A stretch of 64,000 nucleotides of DNA from Diadema antillarum (lineage: Eukaryota): the NCBI RefSeq assembly GCF_040938485.1, contig NW_027271794.1:62001-126000 (forward strand), in the 5' to 3' direction. Below the pieces are notes generated by a model. It had not been told where the DNA came from, searched no databases, and saw only the letters and a program-made list of their open reading frames with translations. This document shows, piece by piece, positions 61,850 to 64,000 of this stretch. Position numbers and translations under genes: made by a program. Positions within the stretch are counted from its first letter, which is position 1. Each line of letters opens with the position of its first letter.

Positions 61850-62420
61850 ATATTCTGGTGGACTATCGTAAACTGATACTACTGATGGAAGTGAGGCAGC
61901 TCTTGAAGGCTTCAACAGAGGGAGCCGTTACTGCTGCAGCTGGTAGGCTGTTCCGTAGCGGGACCACACTTGGGGAAAAAGCTATGCTGGTAGGTTTGGA
62001 TCCGGCAGTGGTGCTGTCTCGGTTTGAGATCATGACCTCTGGTACCCGATGCAGGATACATGTAAGGAGGTGCAGCTGGAATGGCTACATACAAAACCGT
62101 TCATGATCTTGTAGAGCATCAGAACTTTGTTTTGGGCTCGTCACTCAAAGAAGGATCTCCACTGCAGTTGTTGAAGCATGAGGGCAACACTGCTTTGTTG
62201 TGCGTAGTTTGCGGTAACAAAACGGGCTGCACGTCGATGTACCATCTCTATTTGGTTGATGAGTTCCTTGGTGGGAGGGTCCCAGACTGTGGAGGAGTAT
62301 TCAAGAGTAGGTCTTACATAGGTCTTATATTTTTTAAAGCCAACGTCTTTATGTGTGGCGGGCATTTCCTTAGGTTGCGTCTGAGGAAACCAAGAGTGCT
62401 GTTGCTTCTCTTGCACATGT
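61850..62420 (-). mobile_element. 5'-truncated LINE: C-terminal reverse-transcriptase fragment
   Basis: YKTYVRPTLEYSSTVWDP...IEMVHRRAARFV...MLQQLQW and YQHSFFP motifs. Confidence 0.82.
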
Positions 62421-62859
62421 TATTGATGTGGGGTTTCCAGGTCAGATTTAATGTTAGAACATTAAATCATTATACCAGCACAACATTACAATGAATGCAC
62501 TGACTTGTAGGAAACAATTTGGCATTCAATGTTAGCATCATGTACACTTGTAGTCTATACACTGTGGCATTGATCATGAATGCGCCAGAAGCACAAGTTT
62601 ACATGAAAAAAAAAAAGCACACAGATAAAAGCCTGAACTACAGGTGTACAATAAGTAGTTGTAAATCTCAAAGACTGGCAACACATACAGTACAAATGTA
62701 CATCTTAAAGAGCCCTAGAATTTCTAAGACTTGCCTTTACTGGGTGACGTCTTTCTTCCAAGTTTTACCAATTGTGACAAATTACAATGTTCTTTTATAT
62801 GATTGTAATAGATACATGTAGATATAGAATGTATACTTGGGTGACCCACACCTCGTCAT

Positions 62860-63600
62860 AGCTAATGTTTGCCCATAATTGAATCACATTTCGCCACTGA
62901 AATTCTTTGAAATCCAACTCGCATACAGGAAAAATGCTGAAAATTCCAATGGAATCACAAGTTCACTGATCGATATTGAAAATTTGCAGCTATCGTCGTC
63001 AAAGGCGAACGATGCGAAAAAGTTGCACGCTAAGGAAGGGGCCGCAACTCGTCACCCGCTCTCCCATAGACTTAGCACGTAAAAGACGTGTGCGGGTGAC
63101 CGTGATGTTCCCATAGACATACACGTAAAAGATGCGTGCGGGTGACATACATCTGTATAACACGTATTCCTATAGCCCTATTAAAATTTCAGATTTTCAC
63201 GAAAAACTGTTCGGTTTTCACCACAATTTGTTTGGTTGTGGTAGTCCTGCCAAGTTTCAAGCGTACAGAACACAGTCCCGGGCATACATTTTTGTTCAGT
63301 GCGCTCAAAACGATTTTAAGCGGGGTGACGGTATTCGGGCCCCTGACGAGGTGCGGGCACCTTGCTACAGTGCCGACCGCGGGAAACGTCACGAAAACCC
63401 CTAGGGCAAATGCGGGAAGCCCTTTCGTCCGGGCGTACTAGGTAATACGCGGGCGTTTGGACGCGTACAGACGAGGGAAGTCGCCCGCACTTTCACGCTC
63501 GTCTAAACACCCGCATTTGCCCGAGCGCTCCAGCGCGGAATTAATGATATGAAAATCAAACTCTCCCGTCAACCATCGGCTACATGAAGGAAATTAGCTG
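62860..63600. repeat. GC-rich repetitive element with direct and inverted internal motifs, probably one end of a DNA transposon
   Basis: cccatagac...cacgtaaaaga..gtgcgggtgac occurs twice; gggcaaatgcggg (63404-63416) is inverted to cccgcatttgccc (63510-63522). Confidence 0.45.
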
Positions 63601-63639
63601 AAATCGATCCGCGAAAATCTTTTGAAAAGTATCAGTAAT

Positions 63640-64000
63640 TTGCCGGATGTTTGCTTTTACGTTCGAAAGTAAAATAATAACCATAACATTCAGCTCCCGA
63701 ATATGCTAAAGCAAATGTCGAATGATCCCTTTGACGTTTGGAAATGAATAACAATAATACTCCGTACGATGATTAAATAAATGTCGGATGTTTGCTTTTA
63801 CTTTCGGAAGTAAATAGCAATAACATTCATCTCCGGAAGATGCTAAAATAAATGTCGGATCTTTGCTTTGACGTTCGGAAATGAATAACAATAATATTCA
63901 ACTCTGTACGATGATAAAAATAAATGCCGGATGTTTGCTTTTACGTTCAAAAGTAAATAACAATAACATTCAGCTCCGGAAGATGCTAAAATAAATGTCG
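63640..64000. repeat. Dimeric tandem repeat (~70-bp A/B monomers, ~142-bp period) running off the window end
   Basis: g(c/t)cggatgtttgctttt at 63642, 63783 and 63926, alternating with gtcg..ctttgacgtt.ggaaatgaataacaataat units. Confidence 0.85.

Overview
AT-rich animal genomic DNA. An echinoderm, probably a sea urchin, is inferred from the repeat types and is not proven. There are no prokaryotic features, and most entries in the ORF track are spurious. (1) 1-15.4 kb: a near-identical 3.53-3.56 kb tandem array (3 full copies, 1 partial, plus older diverged copies). It hides a + strand gene that the ORF track misses. Each unit carries five small symmetric phase-1 exons (81, 18, 57, 60, 57 nt = 91 aa), and a homologous terminal exon lies at 15285-15358. 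The product resembles a multi-copy peptide precursor: acidic spacers, a KR site and a His/Trp-rich segment WHHLFGKW. Decayed exon relics sit in the introns. (2) Three paralogous - strand genes with intronless CDSs encode type-I membrane Ig receptors (signal peptide, V-type Ig, 4-Cys domain, S/T stalk, TM, Tyr-motif tail). They lie at 19762-21216 (intact), 28997-30726 (frameshift plus nonsense codon) and 56075-57820 (intact). The last two are in a segmental duplication (about 23.4-43.4 kb vs 49.7-60.7 kb). (3) Many transposons: two long CR1/L2-group LINEs head-to-head whose ORFs start with signal-peptide-like segments, nested TU/Foldback-like elements with 8-bp TSDs, Harbinger-, hAT-, Kolobok- and Tc1/mariner-type non-autonomous elements, palindromic MITEs, LINE fragments and microsatellites. 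There is one 157-N assembly gap. All alignments and translations were done by eye.
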